Source of the DNA: a virus
Lineage: Duplodnaviria > Caudoviricetes
Length of the DNA: 64,000 nucleotides
IMG/VR virus record: IMGVR_UViG_3300030202_001345
Location: 858 to 64,857 of that record
Direction: 5' to 3' (one strand)
The notes under the pieces are model-generated. The model saw nothing but the letters and a program-made list of their open reading frames with translations, did not search any database and was not told where the DNA came from. A program made the translations under genes and the position numbers. Shown piece after piece: positions 20,061 to 30,313 of the stretch. The first letter of the stretch is position 1. Every line of letters begins with the position of its first letter.

Positions 20061-20459
20061 TTATGCGTATTTATATATTATTGAATGTTTTTCTTCTAAG
20101 ACCTCGTAGTCTAAGCTTTTTACCTTGCTTACAATACCAGGTTCTGCTGATGTTGCCCAAACAAATTTACAGCCAACTTTAATAGCATGTTTAACCATGT
20201 AATCTATTAACTTTGTTATTAATTCGTTTCTATCTTTTTCTCTATATTTTATGTTTGATACAACAAAATCTATATAAGCTATTCTAGCATTTGTAAAATA
20301 CAAATAACCAGCTGCTACGTTAACACCATCTTTTGATACTATATATCCACCTGTACTATCGTGTGGTAAATAATCTGGATCAGGTATTGGTATTTCCCAA
20401 TCAAGCCACCATTGACTTATCTCGTCAAAGTTTGACTCTTCTATTCTTTTTATTTTCAT
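20061..20459 (-). CDS. GNAT-family acetyltransferase
   Basis: VAAGYLY..AYIDFVVSN..LIDYM..GCKFVW GNAT pattern; position like T7 gp13. Confidence 0.6.
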   Translation of the reverse strand: MKIKRIEESNFDEISQWWLDWEIPIPDPDYLPHDSTGGYIVSKDGVNVAAGYLYFTNARIAYIDFVVSNIKYREKDRNELITKLIDYMVKHAIKVGCKFVWATSAEPGIVSKVKSLDYEVLEEKHSIIYKYA

Positions 20460-20470
20460 ATAATTAAATT

Positions 20471-22042
20471 TTAATAAGCAGACTCTACATAGTTTGAAGA
20501 GACTGCGAATAATTCTTTTACGCCTCCAACATCTGTAGATGAATCTGTTTGAACTGTTACAGTACAGTAGTAACCTTTTATACCAGTCATGTCTGCACCA
20601 AAAACAATTTCACCCTCAGACGGTTGTGTATCGTTGACTAAGTTAGCATAGTATTTATTTTCTTTTCTATCAAACCCCGCGTACTCTCTTGGTAATGCTG
20701 GGTTAACTGTTCCAAAAACACTAAGATAATCTAAGCGATCTACAGCTTGTCCGTCCGCTGGATTTATTACGTATTCACCTTCGTAAAAACTACTAACTGC
20801 TGGAACGTAAACCGGTGGATTACCAACACCATCAAAGTATTTAACGTAAATATTATTAAACTCATCTGGTCCAGTAGCATCGCTTTGAAAAGCATAAACT
20901 TCCCAACCATTACTTCCTTCGTAATTAACTGTTTTAAAGTTTTTAGATAAACTAACTTTAGGGTTAAATATAAATGTTATTAGCGAGTCATACTGTCTGC
21001 CATAAAAATTAGCTCTTTGACCTTGGTTGTGTTGCCATAAAGTAGGCGCAGCATCTTTATAGTTACCACCACTTTGCTGTTCTTGCTCATAACCAATAGA
21101 ATAAAAATTACCTTTTAAACTAAACATTTCAATAGGTCTATAACTAAACCTACTAGTCCAACCTAAAACAGTTTCGTCAAAAGCTAATGTTTGATATCTA
21201 GGTGGATCATTAAGTAGGCCAGGAGTAGGGTTGCTATATTCTTGTAATGATATTACATACTGCTTTTGATACATATCCCAGCCGCCGAAAACTTTTCCTA
21301 GTTTAGCGTTGCTAAAGTTAACACTACCTAGATTATCTCTAAAATAATCAAACATACCATAGTTAGATATCTCTGTTATACCATCTCTTGATAATCTTAG
21401 CACGGCGTTTCTATCCATATCCGCAAAGTACTTTCTATAACCATAGACAGCAAAGCTTTCTGGATTTCTACTAATACCATAATTACCAGCATAAGGAACT
21501 ATTTGACCTATAACTAAATTAAGTTGACTAACAGGAACGCCACCACCCTCTGCAGTATATATAGCATCTTTATCTATTAAAGCTCTACTAACTTTATTTT
21601 CTTGAAATATAATTAAGTTAGTATCTTCTGCATATAGTTTTTGTATACTACCATTTGCTGGATCAGCTGCTTTGGTAATTTCTTCTCCAACACTAAATAC
21701 GTTTGTATCGTTAATACCTGTTCTGGAATTATATATACCAGAATAAATCATAGCATTACCCCTAATAGCCCCAAGAGGTTCGTTTTCAACTAAATAAGCT
21801 TTTACACCTAGAGAAACAGATGTGTTATTATAACCGCCTCTAATTCTAGATTCTTCAATAGCCCAATCATAACCGTCTGAACCTATAGTACTAATTCTAG
21901 GGTATCCACCTAAAACCTGTGGTATACCTCTTGAACCGTCCCATACAGGCTCTGTTGGCTGTGTTGGTTGACTATTTTCATAATCATTAACTTTCTTTAA
22001 TAAGAAGGTATTAAAATATTTTACTTCTATTATCGCAGGCAT
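20471..22042 (-). CDS. Tail stabilisation/nozzle protein, C-terminal-type part
   Basis: GSIQKL..YAGNYGISRNPESFAVYG..YFAD..RNAVLRLSRDGITEIS beta-propeller-like motifs seen in crAss-like stabilisation proteins. Confidence 0.7.
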   Translation of the reverse strand: MPAIIEVKYFNTFLLKKVNDYENSQPTQPTEPVWDGSRGIPQVLGGYPRISTIGSDGYDWAIEESRIRGGYNNTSVSLGVKAYLVENEPLGAIRGNAMIYSGIYNSRTGINDTNVFSVGEEITKAADPANGSIQKLYAEDTNLIIFQENKVSRALIDKDAIYTAEGGGVPVSQLNLVIGQIVPYAGNYGISRNPESFAVYGYRKYFADMDRNAVLRLSRDGITEISNYGMFDYFRDNLGSVNFSNAKLGKVFGGWDMYQKQYVISLQEYSNPTPGLLNDPPRYQTLAFDETVLGWTSRFSYRPIEMFSLKGNFYSIGYEQEQQSGGNYKDAAPTLWQHNQGQRANFYGRQYDSLITFIFNPKVSLSKNFKTVNYEGSNGWEVYAFQSDATGPDEFNNIYVKYFDGVGNPPVYVPAVSSFYEGEYVINPADGQAVDRLDYLSVFGTVNPALPREYAGFDRKENKYYANLVNDTQPSEGEIVFGADMTGIKGYYCTVTVQTDSSTDVGGVKELFAVSSNYVESAY

Positions 22043-22046
22043 ATTA

Positions 22047-22076
22047 TTATAATTACTTGTTTTTCACTGTTTTAAC
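22047..22076 (-). promoter_or_regulatory. Putative class-2 (late) promoter GTTAAA-N14-GTAAT
   Basis: Matches the motif at 47711, 54127 and 63031. Confidence 0.5.
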
Positions 22077-25000
22077 TAGTTTAACGCTGTCAACGGTTGT
22101 TGAGTACCAGCCGTGACAGCACCATTTGCACTCACCTCCATTTTCCAAGATCTTAATTCTTGATTAGCAGAATTGCCACTACCAGGTCCATTTGTAAAAC
22201 CTTTGGCCCCAGCAAACTCAAATGGATAGTTATTAGCACCGCTGGTATTCCAATTACCAGCCTCTTCATAGTTAGTACCACCACTTCCAACTGTTCTTAC
22301 ATTTATTGTACCTGATGAACCAAATGTTTTTGGTATTGTTAAATCAGTGTCCGTGTAAAGCTGTGTAATATATCTAAACAATGGTTCTTTAGCATATACA
22401 ACCTGAGTTCCTGCGTTTGGTATTACATTTGGGTTTGTACTAGGGAAACTTACTCTATATTTAAACGCTCTTTGATTTCCAAAGTCGTAATAAAAATCAC
22501 CAAATGTAATTTGAAAACCATTTCCAGCTAAACTAAAACCACTTGATTGATTTACCTGGCTACCACAAAGCTGAGTATTACACGGCCAGTTATTATTATT
22601 CATGTTGTATGTTGCTATTCTATAATCACCTGGCGTGTCGAATGCAAATGTTCTTGACGCGTAACAAGACACAACCTGTGAAGTGCTACTACTTTGTTGA
22701 GGTACTCTTGTTTGCCACCTTCCAAAACCATTTATGTTACTACCGCCACTCGAACTAGTTGCTAAATATAATTGACCAAACTGCCATTCTGAAGTTAGAT
22801 TTGTTGAATGCCTCCACTCACCTTGAGAGTAATTAAGGGTTGAGCTACCTGGGCTTAAGTTACCTGTGTAATCACCATTTAAATCTGTTGCTGCAACCCA
22901 TTGAGTGCCACCTACAGGTTTGTAATCTATATTAAAACTACCAAAACTATACATGAAGCCACTATTACCACCTGGTCCGCCCACTCCCTGATCATCGTTT
23001 CCAAATCCACCATCGTTACTAGATCCACAAAAAGTATTTTGATTGTTTGACACTAAAGTAATATTTATAAAAGCTGTACCATCTACTATACCTGGTTGAT
23101 TTACAAAACCTGTAGCAGAAGATCCACCAGCCATTCTAAAAACACTGTGATTATATGCTGAATTAGTTGTACCACAAGTAACAACATTTTCGTTACAATC
23201 TGCACATTTTTCTAAACTTGTAAAACCTTGAGCGCTACCCGCTGGAGAACCTGGAAAACCAACAGTGGCTGCTGGCGGTATCGCCTGAAAACCTTGGTCT
23301 GCAAGACCCATTTGACTAAAAGCTGTTGCTGAACTCATTGAGTCAGCAAAAAATATTGTAGCAGCTTCACCAACACTAAAATTACCAAATAAATTTCCTG
23401 TAAAAGAACCTGTTAAAGGTGTTTCTCCAAATATAACTTGAAAAGTTGATGTATCTACAACTCCATTAGAATCAGTTAATGTAACTGTTAAATCATAAGC
23501 ACCTATTGCTGTTCCGTCTTGTGTTAATCTACCATATCTTTTTCCTGTGGTTTGATCTTGATAGTTTACTATATCAAACGGACTGTTAGGCGTAGCTTGA
23601 CCACCAACCTGTACGCTAGTAATATTCCAAGTTAAATCATGCTCATACATTAAATCACCCTGTATTTGCTGTGTTTGGTTATTTATGTTTGAGCCATTGT
23701 ATCCTATGAAATCATACATAGGTGGCCGGTTAGGAAGTTGGTTTGTTGGGCCTTGACCTTCTTGAAAAGAATAATTTCGTGTTGTAAAAGGATTTGCTAT
23801 TAAAGAAGAAACATTTGTTAATTGATTATTACTAACTGTAAATGATGAAGGTGTTGCTCCTGGAACAGGTACACCTGTGGCGTCTGCTTCTATAATACTA
23901 AAACTAAACTGATACGTATTAGCTACGTCGTTAGGTGAAAAACCATCTTTGTAAAAATACTGTCCTTTAGTTGCTATATAATAACTATCATAAGAATAAG
24001 GTTGATTACCTGTGCTACCATCTAGCATTATTTGTCCTTCTGAAACTTTAACTAATTGAAAGTAGTTAGTAACATCATTACCTACACCATCAACAACACT
24101 AAAAATATCATTACCAGCAGCGTCAGTCGCTATAGCTGTATAAGTTATTGGTGTGCCACCAGAATCTTCTGGAGCAAAATTACCATTAGCGTTGGCAGAT
24201 GATATACCTACAAACTTAGTTTGTATACCACTGTTAGGATTACCGAAAGCACCACCAACAACTGTTACTAAGTATGCGTTGCCATCATCAACAACACTAG
24301 TTACTGTGGGTGAACCAGTTGTATTTCCTACAGGTACTGTATTTAATATCCTGTCTTCATTTCCTTGCCAAACATTTTTTGGAAATCTTGCAGTTCTATT
24401 TGCAGAACCTTGTACTCTAGAAGCAAATACCCCTAAAGCTTGTAAGCCTGGGTAAAGATTTATAGGTATGGTATTAACGCCTGATGCATCTACAAAAGGA
24501 GCACCAGTAGCTTCACTATAATTTAAGCTTGCGCTTTCTTCTAAAAAGAAGTTATAGTTGTCTAAGCCAGCCGCGATACTTGTGTTGTTTTCTACAACAA
24601 AATTTAAATCACTAATTAAACCTGATGTAGTAGTTTCATAATATATGTCTAATCTAGATATATTAGGTTCTGTCTCATATATAGCTAGTTGAGGCGTCAT
24701 ATTGGTATTTAAACTTGATGACGATATAACACCTATGTTAATAGGATCGTTAACACCCCTTGTTGTGGTAATTCTAGCTATTAAAGGTTTTGTGTCTATT
24801 TGATATAGATTGTCTTGACCAGTAGTACTTAAAGTATCAAACACCATATTTGAATCCGCTGTTGTTGCTATATTACTTACAATATGAGCAAATACACCTG
24901 GGTAAAACTGAGTGTTAGCAGTTGCTGGGGTAACAGCAGTTTGACCTTGTTGAGTGACTGGTAGGTTTGTAACTCTACCAAATAATCTTACGGAACTTCT

Positions 25001-27106
25001 AAATTGTTTTTGTTCTGGTCCTACCTCTGATAAATCTCTTGGTACTTTATTTATATTATCATTTATTAATACAACATTGGCTGTATAATTTTCTTCACCT
25101 GTTGGGAATGGAGCTAAGTCAGTTGGAGGAGGAGTTGCTGATGTCTGCTCAGGATAACCATTTAATATACCAGGTAAATATACATTATAATACTCTTGTT
25201 CATTTTGTTTTACTACAATTTTATAAGAATACCAACCTAATGGATTATAATCAGGACTTTGTTTGTTACCGTTATAAACACCAGGATAAAAATTACCAGA
25301 AGTTAAAACCGGTGCTGTAGGTATTATATTGTTTACATTAATTTTTAAAGAATCACCTGGCCACACTGAGGCAACCTCATCTCCTTGAGGTGGATTTGGA
25401 TTTCTATATGGTACATAAACAGTAGATAAACCAGCAGCAGAATCTGTACCATCATTAGATAGTATTGTTGTTGATGATCTACCATATCTATCTGATAAAA
25501 CAAACCCAACTTGATAGTTTCTATTTTGCTTTAAAGAATGATTAGGATATTCTACATAACTTGTTTTCCATTGCACTGGATAGTTAGTACCGTCTATAAT
25601 GTCTTCAATGTCAAAATCTTGTTTCTCAGAAACATTAACATTATAATCTATTGAGGCGGGTGGTGAATGCTTTGTTTGAAAGTTACTGTAAACTATTCTA
25701 TTACTTATAACTTCTTGACCAAAGGCTTTTACAGGTATTTTATCGTAAACCCTAACTATTTCGTTTGACGGTAGTGTTTGAAAAGGTTTTGTAGAATTGT
25801 AGTCATAAGTAAATACTGTGGTTGCGTCAGCAACAGCAGCAACTCTTGTAGCTTCTATAGTATCAACAACTTGTATTGCTTGTGTATCAGATTCTTTAAA
25901 TAATATTTGAAGATTTTTTATTTTAAAATTATTTATAAGATCTTGACCTATTGATGGTAGTGGAACTTTTAAGGTTATTTGATTAACTTTGTTTTCCATA
26001 AAATCAACAACTGTACTTCTATAAGCTTGTTCTTGATCTTCGTTTACACTAGTGTCTGGATCATCAAACTCTGTTTCATTTAAGAAATAACCATCTTGTT
26101 TTGGTATAAAAGCCTCTTGTGTGTAAGGAGCCATTAATGAATACGTGTTATCTTCAAACTGAAATCTATAGCTAAACCTTACAAACTTGTCTGTTAAAAA
26201 ATCCGGATCACCTTGGAAATCAATATTGAAATAAGGGTTTTTATTAAATGTAACAATTTCAGACACGAACCACTCTGCGTTTTGGTTATCCGTAATTATA
26301 GACCATAATTGTGTACCTGGTGGTGAAGGATTTTGTTCTATTATTTGAACTATAGTTGTTACTACACCTTGATCACTAGCCCACTCTACTTGATCACCCA
26401 CAACTGGATTACCTATAACAGCTGATCCGCTAACATCAAATGAAACACCCGTGGTATCAGCCACTGGCGTAAGCTCACCTCCACCGCCTGGGTAAAATTC
26501 GCTAACAACATCTTTCATTGTTGTTTCATAAGGAACCGCGGCTGACGGCGCTAGCGCGCTAGACTGCCAAAGATCAATAGGTTGATAAGGATTATAAGAA
26601 GCAACACTAACTTGATCTTCATTAAAATAATAATTATCTGGTTTTGTAACGTCTATACGTCTAGGTTGATTTCTGTTGTCTGTAAAAAACAATAAATTTT
26701 CTAATAAGTTTACACCTATTACAGGGTATAATGTTGAAAAATTAAGAAACTCATCTTGTACATGTAAAGTTAATTGATTACTTCCACTACCTGTATTTAC
26801 GCTTACTATAGCATGGTTTGCATTTGGATTATATGCTTCACCATTATTGCTAGTCATGAAGAAAAATATAGTATTAGTATCTTCTGAAACAAAAGTTCCT
26901 ATGCAAGTTACGTCATCATCAAGACTTTGCCAAAAATCTACTAAAGCAGTATTACCTATAACATTTTCTAAAGCTCCAACATCTGAAGATTCTGACCTAC
27001 TAATAGCTACATTAATAGCGTCTCTATACTCGCCGCTAGGTAGCAATCGATCGTCTAAGTCTTTATTCATCTTAGACTTTATAAAAGCATTTTTAACTTC
27101 AGCCAT
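22076..27106 (-). CDS. Tail stabilisation/nozzle protein, N-terminal-type part with long C-terminal extension
   Basis: MNKDLDDRLLPSGEYRDAIN start; LFFTDNRNQPRRI; FSYRFQFED; NRIVYSNF; SLKQNRNYQVG. Confidence 0.7.
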   Translation of the reverse strand: MAEVKNAFIKSKMNKDLDDRLLPSGEYRDAINVAISRSESSDVGALENVIGNTALVDFWQSLDDDVTCIGTFVSEDTNTIFFFMTSNNGEAYNPNANHAIVSVNTGSGSNQLTLHVQDEFLNFSTLYPVIGVNLLENLLFFTDNRNQPRRIDVTKPDNYYFNEDQVSVASYNPYQPIDLWQSSALAPSAAVPYETTMKDVVSEFYPGGGGELTPVADTTGVSFDVSGSAVIGNPVVGDQVEWASDQGVVTTIVQIIEQNPSPPGTQLWSIITDNQNAEWFVSEIVTFNKNPYFNIDFQGDPDFLTDKFVRFSYRFQFEDNTYSLMAPYTQEAFIPKQDGYFLNETEFDDPDTSVNEDQEQAYRSTVVDFMENKVNQITLKVPLPSIGQDLINNFKIKNLQILFKESDTQAIQVVDTIEATRVAAVADATTVFTYDYNSTKPFQTLPSNEIVRVYDKIPVKAFGQEVISNRIVYSNFQTKHSPPASIDYNVNVSEKQDFDIEDIIDGTNYPVQWKTSYVEYPNHSLKQNRNYQVGFVLSDRYGRSSTTILSNDGTDSAAGLSTVYVPYRNPNPPQGDEVASVWPGDSLKINVNNIIPTAPVLTSGNFYPGVYNGNKQSPDYNPLGWYSYKIVVKQNEQEYYNVYLPGILNGYPEQTSATPPPTDLAPFPTGEENYTANVVLINDNINKVPRDLSEVGPEQKQFRSSVRLFGRVTNLPVTQQGQTAVTPATANTQFYPGVFAHIVSNIATTADSNMVFDTLSTTGQDNLYQIDTKPLIARITTTRGVNDPINIGVISSSSLNTNMTPQLAIYETEPNISRLDIYYETTTSGLISDLNFVVENNTSIAAGLDNYNFFLEESASLNYSEATGAPFVDASGVNTIPINLYPGLQALGVFASRVQGSANRTARFPKNVWQGNEDRILNTVPVGNTTGSPTVTSVVDDGNAYLVTVVGGAFGNPNSGIQTKFVGISSANANGNFAPEDSGGTPITYTAIATDAAGNDIFSVVDGVGNDVTNYFQLVKVSEGQIMLDGSTGNQPYSYDSYYIATKGQYFYKDGFSPNDVANTYQFSFSIIEADATGVPVPGATPSSFTVSNNQLTNVSSLIANPFTTRNYSFQEGQGPTNQLPNRPPMYDFIGYNGSNINNQTQQIQGDLMYEHDLTWNITSVQVGGQATPNSPFDIVNYQDQTTGKRYGRLTQDGTAIGAYDLTVTLTDSNGVVDTSTFQVIFGETPLTGSFTGNLFGNFSVGEAATIFFADSMSSATAFSQMGLADQGFQAIPPAATVGFPGSPAGSAQGFTSLEKCADCNENVVTCGTTNSAYNHSVFRMAGGSSATGFVNQPGIVDGTAFINITLVSNNQNTFCGSSNDGGFGNDDQGVGGPGGNSGFMYSFGSFNIDYKPVGGTQWVAATDLNGDYTGNLSPGSSTLNYSQGEWRHSTNLTSEWQFGQLYLATSSSGGSNINGFGRWQTRVPQQSSSTSQVVSCYASRTFAFDTPGDYRIATYNMNNNNWPCNTQLCGSQVNQSSGFSLAGNGFQITFGDFYYDFGNQRAFKYRVSFPSTNPNVIPNAGTQVVYAKEPLFRYITQLYTDTDLTIPKTFGSSGTINVRTVGSGGTNYEEAGNWNTSGANNYPFEFAGAKGFTNGPGSGNSANQELRSWKMEVSANGAVTAGTQQPLTALN

Positions 27107-27112
27107 TTAATT

Positions 27113-28624
27113 CTAGTGTTTTATCCATTTAGATTTACCACGCATAACTTGTACTATCTCGTCAAGTTTAATATTTGATAATCTTATTTTAGCATTTCTT
27201 AATTTAGCATATCTATCTTTTTTAAACCTCATAACCACGTACTCTGGTTGATTGGCTCTTGTTGATAGTATTGAATATAATATTGCCGAGTACATAGCAT
27301 CTTCCGCTAGCTTAGGAACTTTAGTATCTAAGTCGTAAGCTAAGCCATCTGATATGTATTCTAGTATTATTATTTTATCTCTAAGGTTTGCAGAAAAACT
27401 TATTTTACCCTCTCTTTCATTCATGTTAAACCAACCGTTGTAGTTAGCGTATTGAGGATCCATACCATAAAGCTCGCCATAACCCGCGTATAATCCAAAA
27501 CCCCAATCCCCAAACTGTAAAAGATAACCTAACCAGGTTTCGTCTACTAATTGGTTAAAATATCTATAAGCATTTGTACCCCATCTTTCTTCTACTATAG
27601 ATGTTCCAGAAATATTAGCATCGTAAACATCTTGTATAGGAACACCTTTGCCATCTTGTAAAGGCATTCTATAAGGACTTTGAGTTAAGTTGTTTGACGG
27701 ATATATAGGGTGTTTTACACCTTGACTATCATACCAACCCATACTAACATAGTTAACATAATCTTGAGGTAGTATAACGCTTAGGTTGTGAGGTATTGTA
27801 AGCTCTTGGCTTTTAATACTTTTTAATGTATCATAACTAAACTCTTGCATAGCTCGTTTAGCAAAGAATATTAGATCAGTTCTTTTTACACTAGGTATTA
27901 ATTTACCCGCGCCAACATAAGCAACTAAAAAATTATTTATAATATCTTTTAATTTTACATAAGCATAACTACCATAATTTTCCTCAACAACATCTCCAAA
28001 CGCTTTATCATTTAATGTGGTGCCATACTTGCCTCCATCTAATTTTTTTAATTGTACTACAATATATGAGTTTTCATCAAAATTAGTAAAATACTCAAAC
28101 GTGGTAACACTGCCCCCACCACCATAAAGTAATGTACCATATATCAATTCTATCCATGAAACAGTATACTCATTAGTAGCGGCATCGTAAGTTACATTAC
28201 TTAGTCTAGCAAATCTTACACCTGCAGAACCTGGTGTCCACACAACTTGCGATCCTTCAGCTTCAAACTTCATACCAATTTTAGGTATTATTCCACCTGC
28301 TGGAACCGTAAACACGGCTTGCGCAGCACCTGGAGGAGACGCAGAAGTATCTGTGGTAGAACCTGTACCTAAAAAGCTTATTGTATTTCCGACTACTCTA
28401 AACTGATTGTTTGTGGAATTTTGCTCTTCATAACTACCTGGTAAACCAGTAATACTATTGTATATTTTAAAGTTGTTTTGATTATAGTTTTGATTACTAG
28501 GATCATCACTTAAAAATTTTAACTTAGTATCAAATGTTGTAGTAAATTCAAATTGATCAATAACAGTCTGAAATGATTGAGCTCCTTCGTAATATTGCCT
28601 ATTGTTTTCTTGTATTAATGCCAT
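27113..28624 (-). CDS. Tail ring/adaptor protein
   Basis: LPQDYVNYVS...LEYISDGL...AKLRNAKIRLSN pattern of Bacteroidetes podovirus ring proteins. Confidence 0.6.
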   Translation of the reverse strand: MALIQENNRQYYEGAQSFQTVIDQFEFTTTFDTKLKFLSDDPSNQNYNQNNFKIYNSITGLPGSYEEQNSTNNQFRVVGNTISFLGTGSTTDTSASPPGAAQAVFTVPAGGIIPKIGMKFEAEGSQVVWTPGSAGVRFARLSNVTYDAATNEYTVSWIELIYGTLLYGGGGSVTTFEYFTNFDENSYIVVQLKKLDGGKYGTTLNDKAFGDVVEENYGSYAYVKLKDIINNFLVAYVGAGKLIPSVKRTDLIFFAKRAMQEFSYDTLKSIKSQELTIPHNLSVILPQDYVNYVSMGWYDSQGVKHPIYPSNNLTQSPYRMPLQDGKGVPIQDVYDANISGTSIVEERWGTNAYRYFNQLVDETWLGYLLQFGDWGFGLYAGYGELYGMDPQYANYNGWFNMNEREGKISFSANLRDKIIILEYISDGLAYDLDTKVPKLAEDAMYSAILYSILSTRANQPEYVVMRFKKDRYAKLRNAKIRLSNIKLDEIVQVMRGKSKWIKH

Positions 28625-28628
28625 TTAG

Positions 28629-29393
28629 TTAACTTTTTGCGTTTGCTTCATCTTGCATTACTTGCTGTGTAGCTACTTGTATTATTTGTGGATCTTTTAC
28701 AATTACACCAGCGTAAGCTAATATTCTTAATATTAAGCTTGTTTGTTCAGATTGGTGAAGTTCAAATTGTATAGAACCAGATGGTGGATTTGCCGATGAA
28801 TCATATTGCTCACTGTCGTAAACATATTGACCCCTGCTACCTACTGTAAAACCCCACAGTGGTGGTATAGGTTTTCTAACAAAATCTATACTAATTACAT
28901 TACTTGTATTAATGTTGTTTGGTGATACATACAACTTTTCACCTTCATATAAGTATACAGGAAAATCATCTGTAGCAGTTAAAAAAGGAGAACTTTGTGA
29001 GTTGTAAAAATCAGTTCTATTAACTCTTTCTAATTCTTTAACTTCACCAAAAGGATTGGTGTATGTAACTAAACCTAGTCTATAGAATTCAACGACTTGG
29101 CCTAAACTATTTGTTATAGTTTGTGGTATTGTAAAGTAATTAGAAGTGTAGGAAAGTGTAGCGGAGTTTTTAAATATAGATAATTTTTCATCTATATTCA
29201 TTTGCCTATCAGCGTAGTCTACATCCGCTTGAGGTACACGTAACTGTTGATTTAAGTCTTCAAAGTATTGCTCAAAGATTTGCAATTGTACTTGATCTGC
29301 CACGCTGTTAAATTCTTGTGGCGTCATATAACCACGTTGTTCTTTATTTAGAATTAACAACACGGTTGAGTATACAGTGTTTACGTTTACCAT
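28629..29393 (-). CDS. Tail ring/tubular protein
   Basis: ILNKEQRGYMTPQEFN motif; position downstream of MCP. Confidence 0.6.
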   Translation of the reverse strand: MVNVNTVYSTVLLILNKEQRGYMTPQEFNSVADQVQLQIFEQYFEDLNQQLRVPQADVDYADRQMNIDEKLSIFKNSATLSYTSNYFTIPQTITNSLGQVVEFYRLGLVTYTNPFGEVKELERVNRTDFYNSQSSPFLTATDDFPVYLYEGEKLYVSPNNINTSNVISIDFVRKPIPPLWGFTVGSRGQYVYDSEQYDSSANPPSGSIQFELHQSEQTSLILRILAYAGVIVKDPQIIQVATQQVMQDEANAKS

Positions 29394-29415
29394 TTTATAT
29401 TTTTAAGTTAATATA

Positions 29416-29435
29416 AAGGCGGCCGAAACCGCCTT
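29416..29435 (-). terminator. GC-rich hairpin (terminator or processing site)
   Basis: aaggcgg-ccgaaa-ccgcctt in an intergenic gap. Confidence 0.55.
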
Positions 29436-29451
29436 ATATTAAGATTACATG

Positions 29452-30225
29452 TTATTTAAACTTTTTCTCTATTGATTTGTAAACTTCAACTCCGTCATCG
29501 GTTTTAAAGAATGCAGCCATAGCAGAATAAGGATTTTCATCATATGGTATTGTCATTAATTTTTTGCCATTACTAGCCCAATTAAAAGTTCTTTGATCTT
29601 GTGATAAAGAAATTATTTTAGCCTCTGTTGCTTTTATAGCAAAGTTTCTAAGTTCAATATTCTCATCATTAGCAAGGTCTAAAAACAATTTAGGATTTCT
29701 TTTAGCATAAATAATTATATCTCTTTTTAACTCTTTTGAAGTTAATTTAGATACTTTATTACCAAACTCAACTCTTAATATTGCTTCAGCTAGATCTATA
29801 TCCATGTTAGCAGCAGCGTTTAAAGCTTCTATTTCTACCGCCATGTAATCTAGTGCGTCTTCAGCGTCAGCAACTGTGTTGACTTCTGCATATTTTTTAC
29901 CCAATAGAGGGTGATATAGTGAAAGTAATTTTTGTAATGATTGATACTGTTTTGGAACGTGTAACGAACCTTTTTTAAACATAATATGTCCTAATGTAGC
30001 TTCACCTTTTTGTTCATCTACAAATGGACTAGAATGATTAGTAGCGTATCTTAATTCTCTTACTCCACCTAATTCTTCATCAAACCAAGTTAAAGGGTAT
30101 CTTTTACCATGTCTTGATGGAATAGTTAATGTTAAAGGATTATACTTACCTAAAACATAATAGTGTCTGTCTTTAATCTCCCAACCTTTTTCTAGTTGTG
30201 AAGATACTTTTTTTTCTTTTGTCAT
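29452..30225 (-). CDS. Conserved hypothetical structural-module protein
   Basis: 257-aa ORF directly after MCP. Confidence 0.6.
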   Translation of the reverse strand: MTKEKKVSSQLEKGWEIKDRHYYVLGKYNPLTLTIPSRHGKRYPLTWFDEELGGVRELRYATNHSSPFVDEQKGEATLGHIMFKKGSLHVPKQYQSLQKLLSLYHPLLGKKYAEVNTVADAEDALDYMAVEIEALNAAANMDIDLAEAILRVEFGNKVSKLTSKELKRDIIIYAKRNPKLFLDLANDENIELRNFAIKATEAKIISLSQDQRTFNWASNGKKLMTIPYDENPYSAMAAFFKTDDGVEVYKSIEKKFK

Positions 30226-30254
30226 AATATAATATAATATAAAAGTTAAAAATA

Positions 30255-30304
30255 AGGGTCAGGGCACCCGTTGAGCATTAAGCTTTTTGGTGCCCGTGTA
30301 CCTT
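30255..30304 (-). terminator. Long bulged hairpin downstream of MCP
   Basis: aagg..gggcacc..agc/gct..ggtgccc..cctt nested complementarity. Confidence 0.5.
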
Positions 30305-30313
30305 ATATAAATA

